A program made the translations under genes and the position numbers. The notes beneath the pieces were generated by a model, which did no database searches, was not told where the DNA came from, and saw only the letters and a list, made by a program, of their open reading frames with translations. A stretch of DNA of 62,709 bases, the filler included, from Collodictyon triciliatum (taxonomy: Eukaryota), in the NCBI GenBank assembly GCA_043381765.1. It is 7 parts of 7 records of this genome, joined end to end, with 100 filler letters (N's around TTAATTAATTAA, not from the genome) between each part and the next. Parts side by side here need not be neighbours in the genome. Positions count along the whole stretch, not along the records: positions 43,700 to 54,504 come from JBHJMP010002556.1; positions 54,605 to 58,723 come from JBHJMP010002601.1; positions 58,824 to 62,709 come from JBHJMP010002603.1; 4 more parts are not named here. One strand, given 5' to 3'. Positions 48,807-62,709 of the stretch are shown here, piece after piece (position 1 is the first letter of the stretch; the number at the start of each line of letters is the position of its first letter).

Positions 48807-51800
48807 TTACTTTCTCTCTAGATTCATTTCCTTTGCTATCTCGTGAAGGATGTCAGAGACAGACTTTTTGATTTCCGGCTCGGACACTAGAGTCGGACAG
48901 GTAGAAGATTGGGAGCAGTTAGCGGGGCAAAGCTAGCAGTGAGAAAGACGCGTGCATTGGAAGAAGGCGGCGGGTGAATCAAGAGATACCAGAGATGCAC
49001 TCGATGAAAAGGGGGAACAGGTACAGCAGATGTCGCCGGGTACTGTCGTTCAGCGGAATGTGCACTTCGATGCCCTTGTTCAGCCGCATGGTTTCTTCAA
49101 GGTCGAATATTTCTGGGTGCAGTCGCAGATTCGACAGCTTCTCAAAGACAAACTGCAACTCAAGAAGACGCGACCTATTGAAACAGTTGCATGGCTCATT
49201 GTTTATTTGTTTTGTAACTTTCTCTTTGTTATTAATAACAGGTAGATAGCGATTCTTTGCAGTACTTTGTCACGACAATTGATTCATTTGCGAGTATATA
49301 ATCGCATGGGATAATATAGTTCACAGGGCATTACCTCGGAAGTGGAAGTAATCCGTTTTCTCTGTCGTCCCTGATGAAGTTGGAGAGGACTTGAACGCAT
49401 TCTTCAATTAATAACGGGGCAGCAATCTTGCCGACCGAAATCGCTGCGCTCACATCTCCTTAGTGACCCCAAAAGGAGTTGGGTTATTAAATTAGATAGT
49501 TACACCTGATAAAGAAAGAAAGAAAAAAAAAAAAGGAGGAAAGGAGGACCTGGTGCCACTGCTGCATTATCATTTTTAACAGTACTGATTGTCTGGTTAT
49601 AAAACTCTACTTTCATAGTCCGTGCTTGACCAGCTGCATAATAGAAACATGTTGCGGAAACACGATTTCCCAAAGTATTCTTGGTGGGGCGATGTTGAAA
49701 CGAGACTGAAGCTCGGCACCTACAAGGCCCAATTTATTTCATTTTTACAATGACCGTCAATATCTAGCATTTCTAGTGTATTTCACCCATTAGTTTCGGA
49801 TATTCTGATAATAATGAAGTGGACAGTGAGCAGCTGTATGCTTTTTTTTTTCTGTCCCTGTTTTCCCTCCTTTTGTTCTCTTCTTTCTTTTTCTTTCTCA
49901 ATATTCGATTTAAATGTTTTGCTTGAATGTAAAAAGTGACCTGTAGACTACAGCCGTTTTTTAGGAGCATGATAAGGCCTTTGAGTGCGGACACAGGTAG
50001 TTTTTCAGCCTTTTAAAAAGAGACATAAATTAGAAAAAGTATGAATCAATCTTAATATTTGAACGCAAATTTAGTATTGATTTTTTTCATTATTGAATAT
50101 TGTGGACAAAGTCTATAAAGAAGTAGAGCTCACATAAACAAGGATATCGTTGGTGATGCAGTCCACTAAACGAACATATAAGTCTTCTTCTTCATTTGCG
50201 TCTGCTGGTGGGTCGTATCTGCATAAGGGTTGTATAGTTTAAATTATGCTGGCACAAAACAAAAACAAGAAACAAGAAAGAAAAAACAAGATAAAACAAA
50301 ACAACAACAAAAACAAGAAAAAACAAGAAAAAAATGAAGGATATGGACATTCTTTCTAAATCGGAATGAACCAACTATGAAGCACATTGAATTTCATCGT
50401 ACTTTATGACAAATAATAGGGTATTAAGCTCTTCGATGATTAGGTTCCACGCGCTTTCTCTGTTTGCATCTGGGGCATCTGAATTCAAGATGATAATTAT
50501 AATAAGTGAACTATTAAAAGGAATAAATGAAATAAGTTTTTCAAAAAAATTGAACCTTGGAGTGCACGTAAACCGATTGGAGCTAGCAAAGTGAATGTTT
50601 TGGCTGCTAAGGACCACGTTTCATACAGGACTCGTTTTGGATGTTTGTCAGCTGCAACTCTGACTAAGGTCTAGCGCCATTGAGAAAATCGGAATATAAT
50701 CAGATATTCACACCATAGATATTAATGCCAATTTTATATGTTCCAACACATGTGTAATTTTAATTATTTTTTCTATTCAAGTTACCAGGCAAATAGACTC
50801 GAAGTAGAGACTTTGCACTTCAGCTTGCGCCTTTTCCAACAGTTTAGACACAAAACCTTTATCGAATCATTTAAGTAGATTGTTATCCACATCAGTTCGT
50901 GACAACAACTTATTGTAAAAATAGAAAAACGAATCTAAGTAAAATGGCGAAAGAAATTAAAAGTTATGGAAAGGAGATTTCGTACGGATGCATGCCTTGC
51001 AAAAAGATTGTGTATTAGGCCCATTCCTATGCAAATCTGTTTCTGTAGAAAAATATGAATATGAATATGAATATGAATATGAATATGAAATATGAAAAAT
51101 AAAAAATGAAAAAGAATGAGACGAGTGATATACCATAGGAATAGAACGAACTCATACAAAAAAGTATGTACGATTGAAAAATAAACAATATCTTCTCATA
51201 ATTCATTTTTTAAGTCATAAACACTATTACATATATATCATTATTGGAAAATTCGAGTGGCGTTACTTCCTCTTTCCCCAGTATCAATTGTATATCTTGG
51301 GTTCACAACAGAATAAATGTAGTCTTGATGATAACCGAAAACCACAGGCCATATGTTCCAAGGTAAGTTTTTCTGAGTAGATTGAATTGGAATTTAGATG
51401 TAACAAGTGCATCTATATTTGATTAAGAAATCATACATACAAGACGGAGCAAACAGCTTGAAAGAGCAAACAAATGTATACAAAGTAGGATCATTTAAAC
51501 TATTTGAGGTATACCAATGCTTTGTATAAATTGATAATAGACTCTTGCAGACTGCTTATTTTTGGGCTGGATTGGTGGCCCAGAATAGATTCTTTAACCA
51601 TCTTATCAACGTACAGCAGCATGCGCGTATAGTCCTCTTCCGTGAAGAATTCATGGGTTCGGTTGTAAATAGACTTGAATTTATCAAGTAATATGATAAA
51701 ATGTTCAGCTCTGATGTAGTGGTTCTGTTTGGAAAAAGGAACAGGATATGATGAATAGTTGTATTATTTTTTTGGCTCACCACTGCATGAAGTAAGGCTT

Positions 51801-54090
51801 TTTACATTAATAAATATACCCAGCGTTTGAACATAAAATTATGCTTTTTATTTTCCATTAAATTTACCGCGGGAGCTTCAAAAGTTCGTCCCCAAACATC
51901 CCACAGTATATTCCAAAACGGTCTATCAAAATCACCCAACGAAAGAGCAGAAAACAGCTCCTCAAAGCTACTCGTACTTGTCTGATATATACAAATTACT
52001 ATCTGTGAAACATGGGATACAAGGACATCTCAATACATGATTCACTGAGTGCTTATGATCAGAAAATTAGGATGAAGATGAAAACCTGAACAACATCGAG
52101 GTTTATGGAATCTGCTGCCGTTTGGATATGTTCCGATAAACTTTTCCATGCGCTTTGAAAGAAATCTAGTTTTTTGAGTGAGGAGAAACACTTGACGAAC
52201 ATACGGGCCGTCTCAGAAATCGCTATTTTCTATATATTAAATCGTTATAAATAAATAATTATTTCTTTTTTTTCTTCGATTGATAAGTTTGATGGCTAAT
52301 AAACCATCCTAAACACATGTGTCTTACACGAGTCTCGTCCCAATGTTTACTTGCTGAGTGACGTTGTGGGTGAGACGTCCTGCGAGATAAGAAAAATTAA
52401 CTTGTCGACATGCGTTCTCATTCAGCAAGTTTGAAGACAAAGACGAAATGGAAGCTTGCCGTCAGTCTTTGTGAATAAAACAGATATTACAATAAATTGC
52501 TTCTTGACATCCTGTTTACTTCATCCAACTCAGATACTTCGTGGGTCTTCTTTGATGCATTTTTCTCTATTTCTGACAAGATTGGAAATATGACCTTGAA
52601 AAAGAAAAAGAAAATAGGAGGAGAACAATATTTTGTAAGCTTCCTGTGTAAAAATAATGCATATTAACGAAACACATTGTTGTCAGCCAATGACATAATG
52701 TCGTAATTGGGTTCAAACATCTCAGAATTATTTTTTTTAAGAAAAAAAAGAGTACCTCCCACAGAATGATGTGCCATATATCCGGTGAGAATATGTCTCC
52801 ATTCTGGCATAAGTGCAGGTAAAGTGAGTTTAGTATCGCAATTCGAATATCTGCTCTGGGGTCTTTGATGGACTCGGAAAGCTTCCTCACGATGAAGCAG
52901 AACTAAGGGGGTGCAATTCCTCGTTATATTATATTCACTTCTACTCGTTAATGAATGTATTGTGGCGCATAAATCTTCGTGTCTTCAATTACATAATAGT
53001 TGTAACCATTCCATTATATGTTTTATCAAGGTCATATGTTAGCAATTTTGAATTGTGTCTGACAACATACATAGCTTTCAGTCTCTGAGGTTATTGCTTG
53101 ATTTTCTGCTTGCGCCTCGACAACACCCTCCTCTAATTAAGGGAAATAAATACTGAATAAATAAAAATCGAAAAACTGAAGCGTTGTATTTCTATACATT
53201 TATTTATTTGTTTATTCGTTTTGCTTGTCTTTGATGAAATAAAAATACCTGAATTTGTGTTCATGCTTTTGGTCATTAGTGTATCAGATATTTGCCAGAG
53301 GAGAGTTATGGCGGCCAAACTGATCAAAAGAAATAATGAGTAAATAATTGATATAAATGATTAAATAGTCACCAGTAAATAAAATAATAATTTGTGGTGC
53401 CTAATCAAATAGACTATTCCCAATTTCAGCGATCAAGTCGAACCTGATGTTCATATCATTTGTCTGTGAAATAAATGAAGATATCAACTGTATTAGCATC
53501 CCAATATGCTCTGTCGATGATATAAGAAATTTTTTTTTATTTAACATCGCACAAAATTGCGAAACTATTTTGCATGGGTGGATGACACAAAAAAGGTATT
53601 AGAAAATGAGGACTCTACCTTTGTTGACTAAGGATAGAAAGGAACTACATATATACTGCATAATCTTGAATGACCTGGAGACTAAGTGTTTGTTTGAATA
53701 TAGGCCGTTTATCACTGAAAATACTTGTGGCCATGAACGAGTGAGTTTCTGTAACAAAAAATGGTATTAATAAGTATCACTGGAATAGGTCATATTGAAA
53801 TTTCACACGGAACTGCTTCTAGATGGCAAAAAACTTAATGAATTTGAGCAAAAATAAGGTAAAAATTCGTACCTTTCCATAAAGATGTAATATTTGGTGG
53901 AGAAATTGAAGTAATCTATCCGAAACATCGATGAGGCCGACTGATGACAGTTGTTGAATTGATTGTAGCAGTAGCTCTTGATATTCACAGACATCAAGTT
54001 TGACTTCATGATGTTCTTTGGTGTCTTCAGTAATATCATCTGCATTCAAGGTAACCTCCCGGTCATGAACTTCTTCAATATCCTCCCCAG
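48807..54090 (-). CDS. MON2: MON2 homolog, C-terminal half, spliced
   Basis: Exons read ISLAAITLLWQISD, DPRADIRIAILNSL..IWHIILWEV, HPQRHSASKHWDET and HLLYLFPLFIECIS; stop at 48807. Confidence 0.85.
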
Positions 54091-54289
54091 ACTATATATT
54101 TTGATCAATTTTTTAAAATTATGATATTCAAATTAAAAATGTCGAGTGCACATTTTCATCAGAAAATATCAGTTGTTTCATCATCAGTAAATGATTATGA
54201 AATCGCTCTGTATCTTATCATGATGTTTCTTTTTTTTTTCGAAAAAGAAAAGAAGAAAAAAAAGAAAAAAAAGAAAAAAGAAAAAAGAA

Positions 54290-54504
54290 AAAAAGAAAGA
54301 AGAAGAAAGAAGAAGAAAGAAGAAGAAAGAAGAAGAAAGAAGAAGAAAGAAGAAGAAAGAAGAAGAAAGAAGAAGAAAGAAGAAGAAAGAAGAAAGTAGA
54401 AGAAAGAAGAAGAAAGTAGAAGAAAGAAGAAGAAAGAAGAAGAAAGAAGAAGAAAGAAGAAGAAAGAAGAAGAAAGAAGAAAGTAGAAGAAAGAAGAAGA
54501 AAGA
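54290..54504. repeat. AAGAAGAAAG-type tandem repeat at contig end
   Basis: Tandem array seen directly. Confidence 0.9.
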
Positions 54505-54611
54505 NNNNNNNNNNNNNNNNNNNNNNNNNNNNNNNNNNNNNNNNNNNNTTAATTAATTAANNNNNNNNNNNNNNNNNNNNNNNNNNNNNNNNNNNNNNNN
54601 NNNNGTGCGTA

Positions 54612-57600
54612 CTTTCATCGACCCGACAACTTTATCCGCTCTTCTGTCAGTCTCGAATACAACCAGAAATCGCGTTGGAGCTGATTCACCTCGGGTAGAA
54701 TAGACTGCATGTGAGAACACTTTCTATCCTTTCTCCTTTCTTTTTCTTTTTCTTTTTCTTTTTCTTTTTCTTTTTCTTTTTCTTTTTCTTTTTCTTTTTT
54801 CCCAAAACATAAAAACTCCAACCACACAATCTGGGCTCCCACTGTCTTGTCCACAGCTCATTCTTGTCCTAGAGGCGAAGGCGGTTTCCTCGGCTTTATT
54901 TTATCAATCAATTGTTTAAACGAAACAATAAAATGCATCGCACGAATCGTGAGTAGATTTTGTTTTGTTCTTGTTTTTGTTCTAGTATATGAATTTTGAA
55001 ACTTTTTTGCTTTTGGACTCTGAACATATTTCGCATGTCACCGTGTACATATCAATATTAACATGTGAGTGACGACATCACACAACACTTAGTAGCTTTA
55101 TCGCGGAGTTGTATTTTCATTCCTAAGCGCTTAAGCGAACATCAGAACAAAACATTCATGTTATCTATAAATGTCTACCAAAACACAAAAAGAAAAATCA
55201 GGTATGGTAAGGTGGCAATTCTTTCTACAGTGTCTCAATTACAAACGAAATCAAGAAAACAATTGTATGATATGTGGTTATAAATATGATGCAAAATAAA
55301 ATAGCATGAAGCATGTGCTTAGACTTACACTTCAAAAAATTAATGTTGTAAAGGAGATAGAAAATAGGATGAAGAAAAGGGAATATATGAGAAATTACAA
55401 AAGCATATAAAAGACTGCACACTACTTCAGTGAAACCCAAACAGCGATGCCCAATTAAAGCGGAGCATTTTTTTTAATGAAAGTAAAGTTAAATCCCAAT
55501 TGTAGAGTAGTACTATTCTTGGTGCAGAGGCAAGAGATATCGAGTGGTAACGAATAAAGCAGCCCTGTGATGCAACTACGAGTTGCCCAACCGAAATTCC
55601 TGTTTTTAGATAATGTCATCAAATTACATACCCACACAATAGTAAAAATCTATGAAAAAAAAAAACTAGATTTAAAGTAGAGATACGACAAACCTATTCA
55701 GTTTTTTGAAAATGTGCTGTTTCGGCATTCTTTCGACGCGAAGCAGATGACGAATCATTAGGGGGAAGAACTCGCACAAGATTTGATGTGATTGGTGATT
55801 GGGACATTTGTTCCGGGATTACAAAAGAATCCGATACACTGGAACTCATACACTTTTCTTGTTCCTCTCCTATCGGCACCAAGGTTCCACCGACAGGTGA
55901 CGTTCCTCCGTTGATAGTATAGCTATATTTTCGCTCTTCCCCTACAGTTGCGGTCGTATGCGTAGTCTGGCTGGCGGCAAGTTGGCGTGGTTCAATCGTT
56001 CTTGAAAGTGCTGATTGAAAAGGTGTAAGAAAGAAGCTGAAGTTTTGGATCACTCAATACAAAAGTAGAACAAGTTTACAACATATATCCAATGACTTTT
56101 CTCAAAAGAAAAATTAAAAAAAAAAGTAACAAATGCAAAAAAAAAAAAAATCCTCCAAAATAAATATATAGAAAAACATTAATGTCATACCAAGTGCCTG
56201 TTGTTGTACAAACGTCATGCGTGTCAGTTTCGAAACCTCTTCTTTCTTTCCAACAGAAGCTGTGCTTCTCTATTTCAATCATATTTCATTCATCGACTTT
56301 ACATATAAAAGTGGTAATATACTAAATTAAATATATATATATATAAAGAAAAAGGAGGAAAGGACTCACACTCGAGCCGTTGCTTTTTTCTGGTTTGGGT
56401 GTGGAAGTCTCTGCTAGCTCCTCTCTGAAAAGTTTACGTTTTCAGTGTGCGATATATTGCAGGAAAATTCGATTGTGACTTACATATTTCAGTATTAATA
56501 GAAAGGAATGGTACTAGATGGGGACAATATTATCAACAGTGTGGTGTTGTCAACAGTTTACCGTGATAGTAAGGTCTCTGGGGTCATGAATAGCTCTTTG
56601 ATTACCCGAATAAGAGAAAAATGGTTGTTTCTGAACGTGTATAATAATATTAGGTCAGGTGGTATTAATGATATAATGGCAACAAAGCCTAATGTAGATG
56701 TAAAAGAAAGGTTTATAGAAAAGGTCCATACGTGACTTCTGTGTCTGGATCAGCGTTGGGTCCTCTTCGTGTAAGTTCTCTCTCGAATATTCCGGGAAAT
56801 GATTCTGATTGAAAGTCAGCATGTATGGTTATTATGCCTTCCGACGGAGATCGAATAGAAGAAGGCCAATAAAAAAAAAATCTAACCAAAGGCTATCCCT
56901 TGACTCATCCATTCTTCACGGATTTGACAAAACCGGGAAAATGTCTGGGTCTCCGCAAATTTTGAGTAGAACTAATAGAAATGTGCATAGTTGGTTAATT
57001 GTCTGTTTTGGAAAATGTATCAAAATCTTTATGTGACTTTTTAATATTGTGAAGTTAAAAGATAAGAAAAGATTTTTTTTAAAAAAAATAAAGAAAAAAG
57101 AAGAAAAAAAAAAGGTAATAATCAACCTCTCGGGTGGCAGGACTTCGAGACTCTACGAAACTGTTTGTGTCAAATCGTTGGCCTCTGATTCAGAATCAGT
57201 TCATCGGTATTCAAAAGAAAAGATATATTTTATCATTAAGATATGTAAATAACCTAAACTTTATCATATACGAGTGGAAAGGTAAACCCAGATAAATGCA
57301 GCATAATGAAGTGAAATGAAGGGAGTGTTAAAATAAAATGAAATAAAATAAAAGAAAGAAGTATCCTTTGGACTGAAGTAAGGAACGAAGGTACGAAGTT
57401 TAAATGAAGAATAAAAAATAATAAATGGAATAAAATGATACTTTTTCCCCTCTGAAGGTAGAAATTTTCGATAATTTCCAAACATTCTAATAAAGAAAGA
57501 ATTGCACGTCGCAGCAAAAGCCCGATTCTCAAAAGTGCCCGTAGCTAAACGAAAAAAAAAATTTTAAATTAATATGAAAATTAAAATTAAAATCTAGAGA

Positions 57601-58530
57601 AAATTAATGGAATAAATTTCACGATATTTGGAGTCATTAAGATAAATATTCGGAGTTTTACATTTCATGGAGTTTGTCAACACCCTAAAAGAGCTGGTAA
57701 TCGATTTATTGCGTATAAAAAAAAAATTAGACATAGCAAATGAAAAGCGGGTTAAACGATTGATCACTAATAGATTTTTTATTGGTATTTTTTTTTTTGT
57801 TAATAATATCCATGAAATCGAGGGGGAGAATGAAATATCTTCTCCACGCACTTGTAAAGGATGTCTTTATCTGGCTGAGGGAAGGAAGGAAACGGCACAG
57901 AATTTGTGATTTTACGGTTATCCAAGTCGACCAAAAATATCTAATCATACTCAAAGTTTTTAATGATAATGCTAATACCGGGATTGTGTGAATTTAAATG
58001 CGAAATGTCAATCCAGAAGAAATTACTTCGCTTATTGCAAAAGGTTGAATCTTAGGGACCAAATGAGACATGACGCCCATTACAAATGGAATCGGCGAGC
58101 ATGTGTAATCCACCAGGGAGATTGGAAGTACAGGAATAAAGACGAGCTATGAATATCAATTTATCCGTTAGCCCGAAAAAAAAAATATAATGTCGGTAAA
58201 AGGGAATGTAGATATATGTTCCCAAATAGTTGAAACGTATGCATTTACATTAAGAGTTCAAATATCATACCTCCCAAATGAACGGTTGCATCAAGGCCAT
58301 TGTGGCAAGTGCACAAGATGCCAATCTGGTGGTATTCAATAGAATATTTGTCAATGATACCCATACACCCATAATTTTTGAGAACGCAATTCACACTTTA
58401 CTTAAAAATAAATTAAAAATTACTTGCTGATGCTGGAGGATGTTAATACAATCTTTTGTTCAAACATTAAGGCATTCATCAAATAAATAGTATTCCTCTT
58501 CCCGATGGCTTGTATCAGTGTTTGGAAAGA
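54612..58530 (-). CDS. DENN-domain protein (Rab GEF-like), internal fragment
   Basis: Exons read LASCALATMALMQPFIW, VFIPVLPISLVDYTCSPIPFVMGV and YLVDLDN-like, the core DENN motifs. Confidence 0.75.
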
Positions 58531-58666
58531 AATCTATTGGCAATATTATGGTGGGTATAAATGTCTCGATTTTGATTTATTTCGCGAATGGAAAGCTAAT
58601 GTTGTTGAAAAAATCAAATCGTTTGTTTAAATTTGTTTTAAAATCTTAACAGTATTTATGACAGTA

Positions 58667-58716
<50 letters not shown>

Positions 58717-59949
58717 AAAAAAANNNNNNNNNNNNNNNNNNNNNNNNNNNNNNNNNNNNNNNNNNNNTTAATTAATTAANNNNNNNNNNNNNNNNNNNNN
58801 NNNNNNNNNNNNNNNNNNNNNNNTTTTGAAGAAAGGGAACGTTACGGGGGGAAGAATTGGGCTTTTTTTTTTTTTTTTTTTTCTTTTTCCTTGTTTCTTT
58901 TTCTCATATTTCCTTCTCTTGTCTATATATATGTGTGTGTGTCTGTGCTTGTGCTTGTGTTTGTGTGTTGTTTCCTGCCACACTTTCCCTTTTCTGCCTG
59001 CAGCAATTGCCCCGGGTCGATGTCTCTGTTTGGGTCGGGACGGATCTGTCAAGCCGTTTGCGTCCGACCGGCCAGCCCGATTCCCACAGCGGGCATCCGC
59101 TTTTGCATGGCGCGTATGTTTCCTCCATCGCAGCGCGCGTTGCGTGAGGGGCGAAAGGCGCGAGAGGCCGTCTGTGGCCGTCTGTGGCTGTCTGTGGCTG
59201 CCTCCACGTCAAAGCCTCCGTCGCCCGCCGGTTCTTTTCGATGTCGGGATCTCTTGCCTCGGCCGCGCGCGCGAGTGCAAGCGTGGGCAAAAAGAACGAC
59301 AAAGTGTGGAAGATGAAACAGAGGGGCAGGAGAGTGAAAGGGGGGAGAGAGTTGTGAAGTCGCATGTCTGCCTAGCAGACGAATGCATGCACGACCTTAT
59401 GTAGACTAAATATGCATATACAGTTGCGCACAGTGATAGGCGTGCGTTTCTTTTTTTTTTCTTTTTTTCTTATTTTTTCTTTTTTTTTCATTTTTTTCAT
59501 TTTTTTTCTTTTTTTTCTTTTTTTTTCAATTGGACGAGATTTAATAATAAGCACAATGAGGTGATTGTTGATTTCAAAAAGTGGCCTTTCTTTGGAATGT
59601 GAGAATAGGTGTCCATCTGCTTAGAACACTTTACAGGCCCAATTTGAGTGAACCTTGGTTGTGTGGGAGAGGGGTTTACTTCTTGCGGGAGGACCGGACA
59701 GGTCGGATATCTAATCGCAAGGATTGTAATGCTTAAGCTCAGTTTGCCAACCTTCGAGTATGAGTAGACTTAAATATATATATACAGAAAATTGTTGGAC
59801 AGACTTAATATATTCTCATGAGATTTACAATCAGGAGAAGGTAAATAAGGGTGCACAAGACGATGTGAGGCTCCCATTACGAAACTCCAGAAAGGCTTCG
59901 ATATTTTTTTTCAAGAAATTAAGATATAAGAAAAAAAATTCGTTACCAA

Positions 59950-61462
59950 GAAAAAGGTCTGGGCGCGCTTCGCCTTCTTCTTCTTCTTCCTTGTGGATGA
60001 CAAACTTTGTGACAGACAAGCCGAGTGGATTCCCATTTACCGTGCTTTCATTAATACGCTTCCCCTTTATTTCGTGTATATTGAACAACTGAGTATCATG
60101 ATTGGGTATGAAGCTGGTATTGGTAGTATGGTTGTAAAGGTTAGAGAGTGTGTTTACGCATGTTTAGGGTAGGAACTCTATTGATATTACATCCAAGAAT
60201 CGAAAAGTGGCGAATTAGTTGATATTTACTCTCTTTTCTGACAGCATGAGTTCCTTGAACACTTGAAAGTCGCCCAAACTATATAGGAGCTCAAACACAT
60301 CGCCCGATACTTCTGATTCCCTTTCCCTGTATTGAGTGAGAGCGATTTACTTCGAGTGAAGGTTCTGTGCTATTTGAGAAATCAAAATATAGAAATGAAG
60401 AGTTTCTAGAAATAAAAAGACTATGTGGGCCTTGCTTTATATTAATTTAGCTTATGTGATGAAGGGCTTAAAAATTCTAAATCGCATAAAAAAGTTACTG
60501 TAGCATTCCCATGAACTCAGCCATAGAGAATCCGCGTATTTCAGTTGTGAGCCTTGACTCCAAATACCCTTCTACGAGTTTTACCTACCATGAACGTTTG
60601 ATTCATATCATTTTTAAATTGGTATATAAGGTGTGTGATTAAAATGGTAGAGAACTAGATAAATGTTGACAATGCATATTGAATTAATATGTTTAAAGAG
60701 TTTTAAATAACATATTACAATAGTAAAAGTTTCAGCTATCCGTTTCAGACTAAACCTTACATATTCTTCGAAAATTGGGGTGTATGATAGCTTGTTTTCG
60801 TCACTGTCTTCGAACTCGTCACAGTATTTGGTAAAAAATTTTGTTTGGCGTTCCGAGAATCGGGGCTCTATGATTAAATAAGATATAACTAAGATGCTAG
60901 CAAGATATTGAAAGACTGAAGTACCACTGGTTGTATCTTTGATTTCTCATATGATCATTTTAACAACGCTGAATAAAAATAGCTAATGTCTGTGGCAGAA
61001 ATTAGACTCTGTCTGTTTATCTCGAGTAAACGAATAAAATGTCAAAAGAAGAAAAAAGACGAACCCATCAGAATCTCCTCCAGCTTTCCGACAATCATGT
61101 CGAATTTGAGATCGTCCTCATTCCCTCCAGAACTTAAACCATAAGAAGGGAATGTCAGGAGAAAACACAACATCGATCTAGCATTGCTCAAGCACCCAAA
61201 GCATATGGAAGAAAAAACATTACTGCTCGAAGGCAAAGTCTTCTCCATCATCTTCATTCATCTCTGGATATGGCTCATCCTCTAAAGTTGAAACGAAAGA
61301 CAAAAGCTTTAACAAATGAAACAAAAAGTGTAAAATAACTTCGCAGAGAAAAAAAGAAGAGAACGGTGGTGGGCAGTTAGTATACGGAGGAAAAGACAAT
61401 ATTAGTAGAAATAAACAAGTTAAAAAAATATTACCCAAATCAACAAAGTCTTCCTGAGACAT
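59950..61462 (-). CDS. ARL2BP: ARL2-binding protein (BART domain), spliced
   Basis: Exons read DLKFDMIVGKLEEILM, FFTKYCDEFEDSDENKLSYTPIFEEY, LVEGYLESRL and GDVFELLYSLGDFQVFKELML. The 3' end is approximate. Confidence 0.88.
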
Positions 61463-61941
61463 TCTTGTTTGGTTTCCTTGCTTGTGGCCAGAGTGGATTA
61501 CGTACGATTTATAAGAGGCAGAAAAATCAAGCGGGATGAAAATTGCGTTAGTTGTTGATGAAGAGCACAAACATAAAATGACCGCGTATCTTTGCTATGG
61601 TATATCCTTCATGCAAGCTGGACAAAGTCTTGTTCTCCTTGGGAGCAAAAATAGAGTTATTTTTTTTTCCTCCTGATATTTTGGAGCTGCACCCAGTGTT
61701 CCTTCTTTTATTTTATTTTTTTAAAAGAGCTCCCAATTCATCCTGAAGCGTTAAAAAAAAAAAAGAAGAAAAAAGGGAGGCGGTTATGAAACTTTATCAA
61801 AACATGACTGCAATTCGCACTCCTCGTGTTTAGAAGCAGAGAGAATCATGTTTAACTTGTAGTGGCGAGGAGAAATAAAAGCATGACTGTGCTGAATCAA
61901 CTCTGACAAGAATGGTCTCTCTCTCATACACACTTGGGACA

Positions 61942-62709
61942 TTACAAGTGGTTGACTCTGGAGCTTCGCAGTCGAGCTACTTTGTTGAGGCTCTGCAGTC
62001 TGATCGGGCGCTGCAGTTTTGTCTCTTGCGATAAATCAGCGAAAACCTCGCCTAGATTCTCACTGGAATCGATTCGGTCGACAATTTTTGAATTCGAACG
62101 GTCCAATTTGGATATATGATTAAACATTGTGATTGCATGATTGTCCAAAAAAGGCTAGAAAATTTGGAAAGCTGATGATGCCACTTCTGGAAAATATAGT
62201 GATTCGCACATATGCAGCTCATGCGCTCCTGGAGATCGAAAAGCAGCATACTTTGTGTATTCACAAAAATCTTTATCTCTTTTTATTTGAAAAGAGCTAT
62301 AGGCTGAGGTCGGTGGCTGGCGGTCGGGTGGAAGGGTCAATAGGCGGCACAAGGAAGAAAAAAAAAATAAACAACCAGACTGAATGCTTCCAATCAAAGT
62401 TTGTTCTTCGCTAGATAAACATGGGAGGGAAGGAAAAGGGTTGCGCACTTGGTCAAATAAAGGGATGAATCTGAATTGTATGTTCATGGTTGACCCAACT
62501 CAAAAGGGAGACAGGGAGACAGAGAGAAAGCAGAAGGTTGGGGCTGCTTTTCTACATCACAACCTCGCTCTCTTGCTCATTCATTCGGAGCTTGTCAGGC
62601 TGATGGTGGCAGTTGGGGTCTAGTAGCCAAAGGGGCTAAGCGAAGTCATGCCAGGCTTGCGGCTCTTTGTGCGGTCGCGATCGTCTCTGATCATGTTTGC
62701 GTCGCCTTC
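61942..62709 (-). CDS. Possible 3' exons of an unidentified gene
   Basis: GC-richer blocks and a minus-strand ORF ending ..RSSRVNHL*; no family recognised. Confidence 0.25.

Overview
Eukaryotic (protist-like) genomic DNA with many introns and microsatellites. It is not one locus: six identical 100-nt spacers (N44-TTAATTAATTAA-N44) join seven separate contigs of 10837, 10826, 10820, 10816, 10805, 4119 and 3886 nt. Host genes, mostly spliced and several cut by contig ends, are TMEM144-like, a secreted SUEL-lectin+GH5 glycoside hydrolase, a TCAIM/DUF4461-like fragment, L2HGDH, an LRR protein, a CocE/NonD hydrolase, a fibrocystin-L-like protein, MON2, a DENN protein and ARL2BP. Main highlight: two independently decayed copies, on different contigs, of a ~2.5-kb transposase-less element encoding a ~640-aa Fanzor1 (eukaryotic TnpB/Cas12-like RuvC nuclease). 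The copies share a 3' region with RNA-type hairpins (candidate omegaRNA) and both end at a Helitron-like CTAG^T. Also notable are a predicted cell-surface receptor whose 7-blade WD40 propeller varies mainly at top-face positions, a tRNA-derived SINE family with TSDs, an L1/Tx1-like LINE that leaves 27-50-bp micro-insertions, and a second repeat with a Helitron-like 3' hairpin. Exon boundaries were read by eye and are approximate; no database searches were run.
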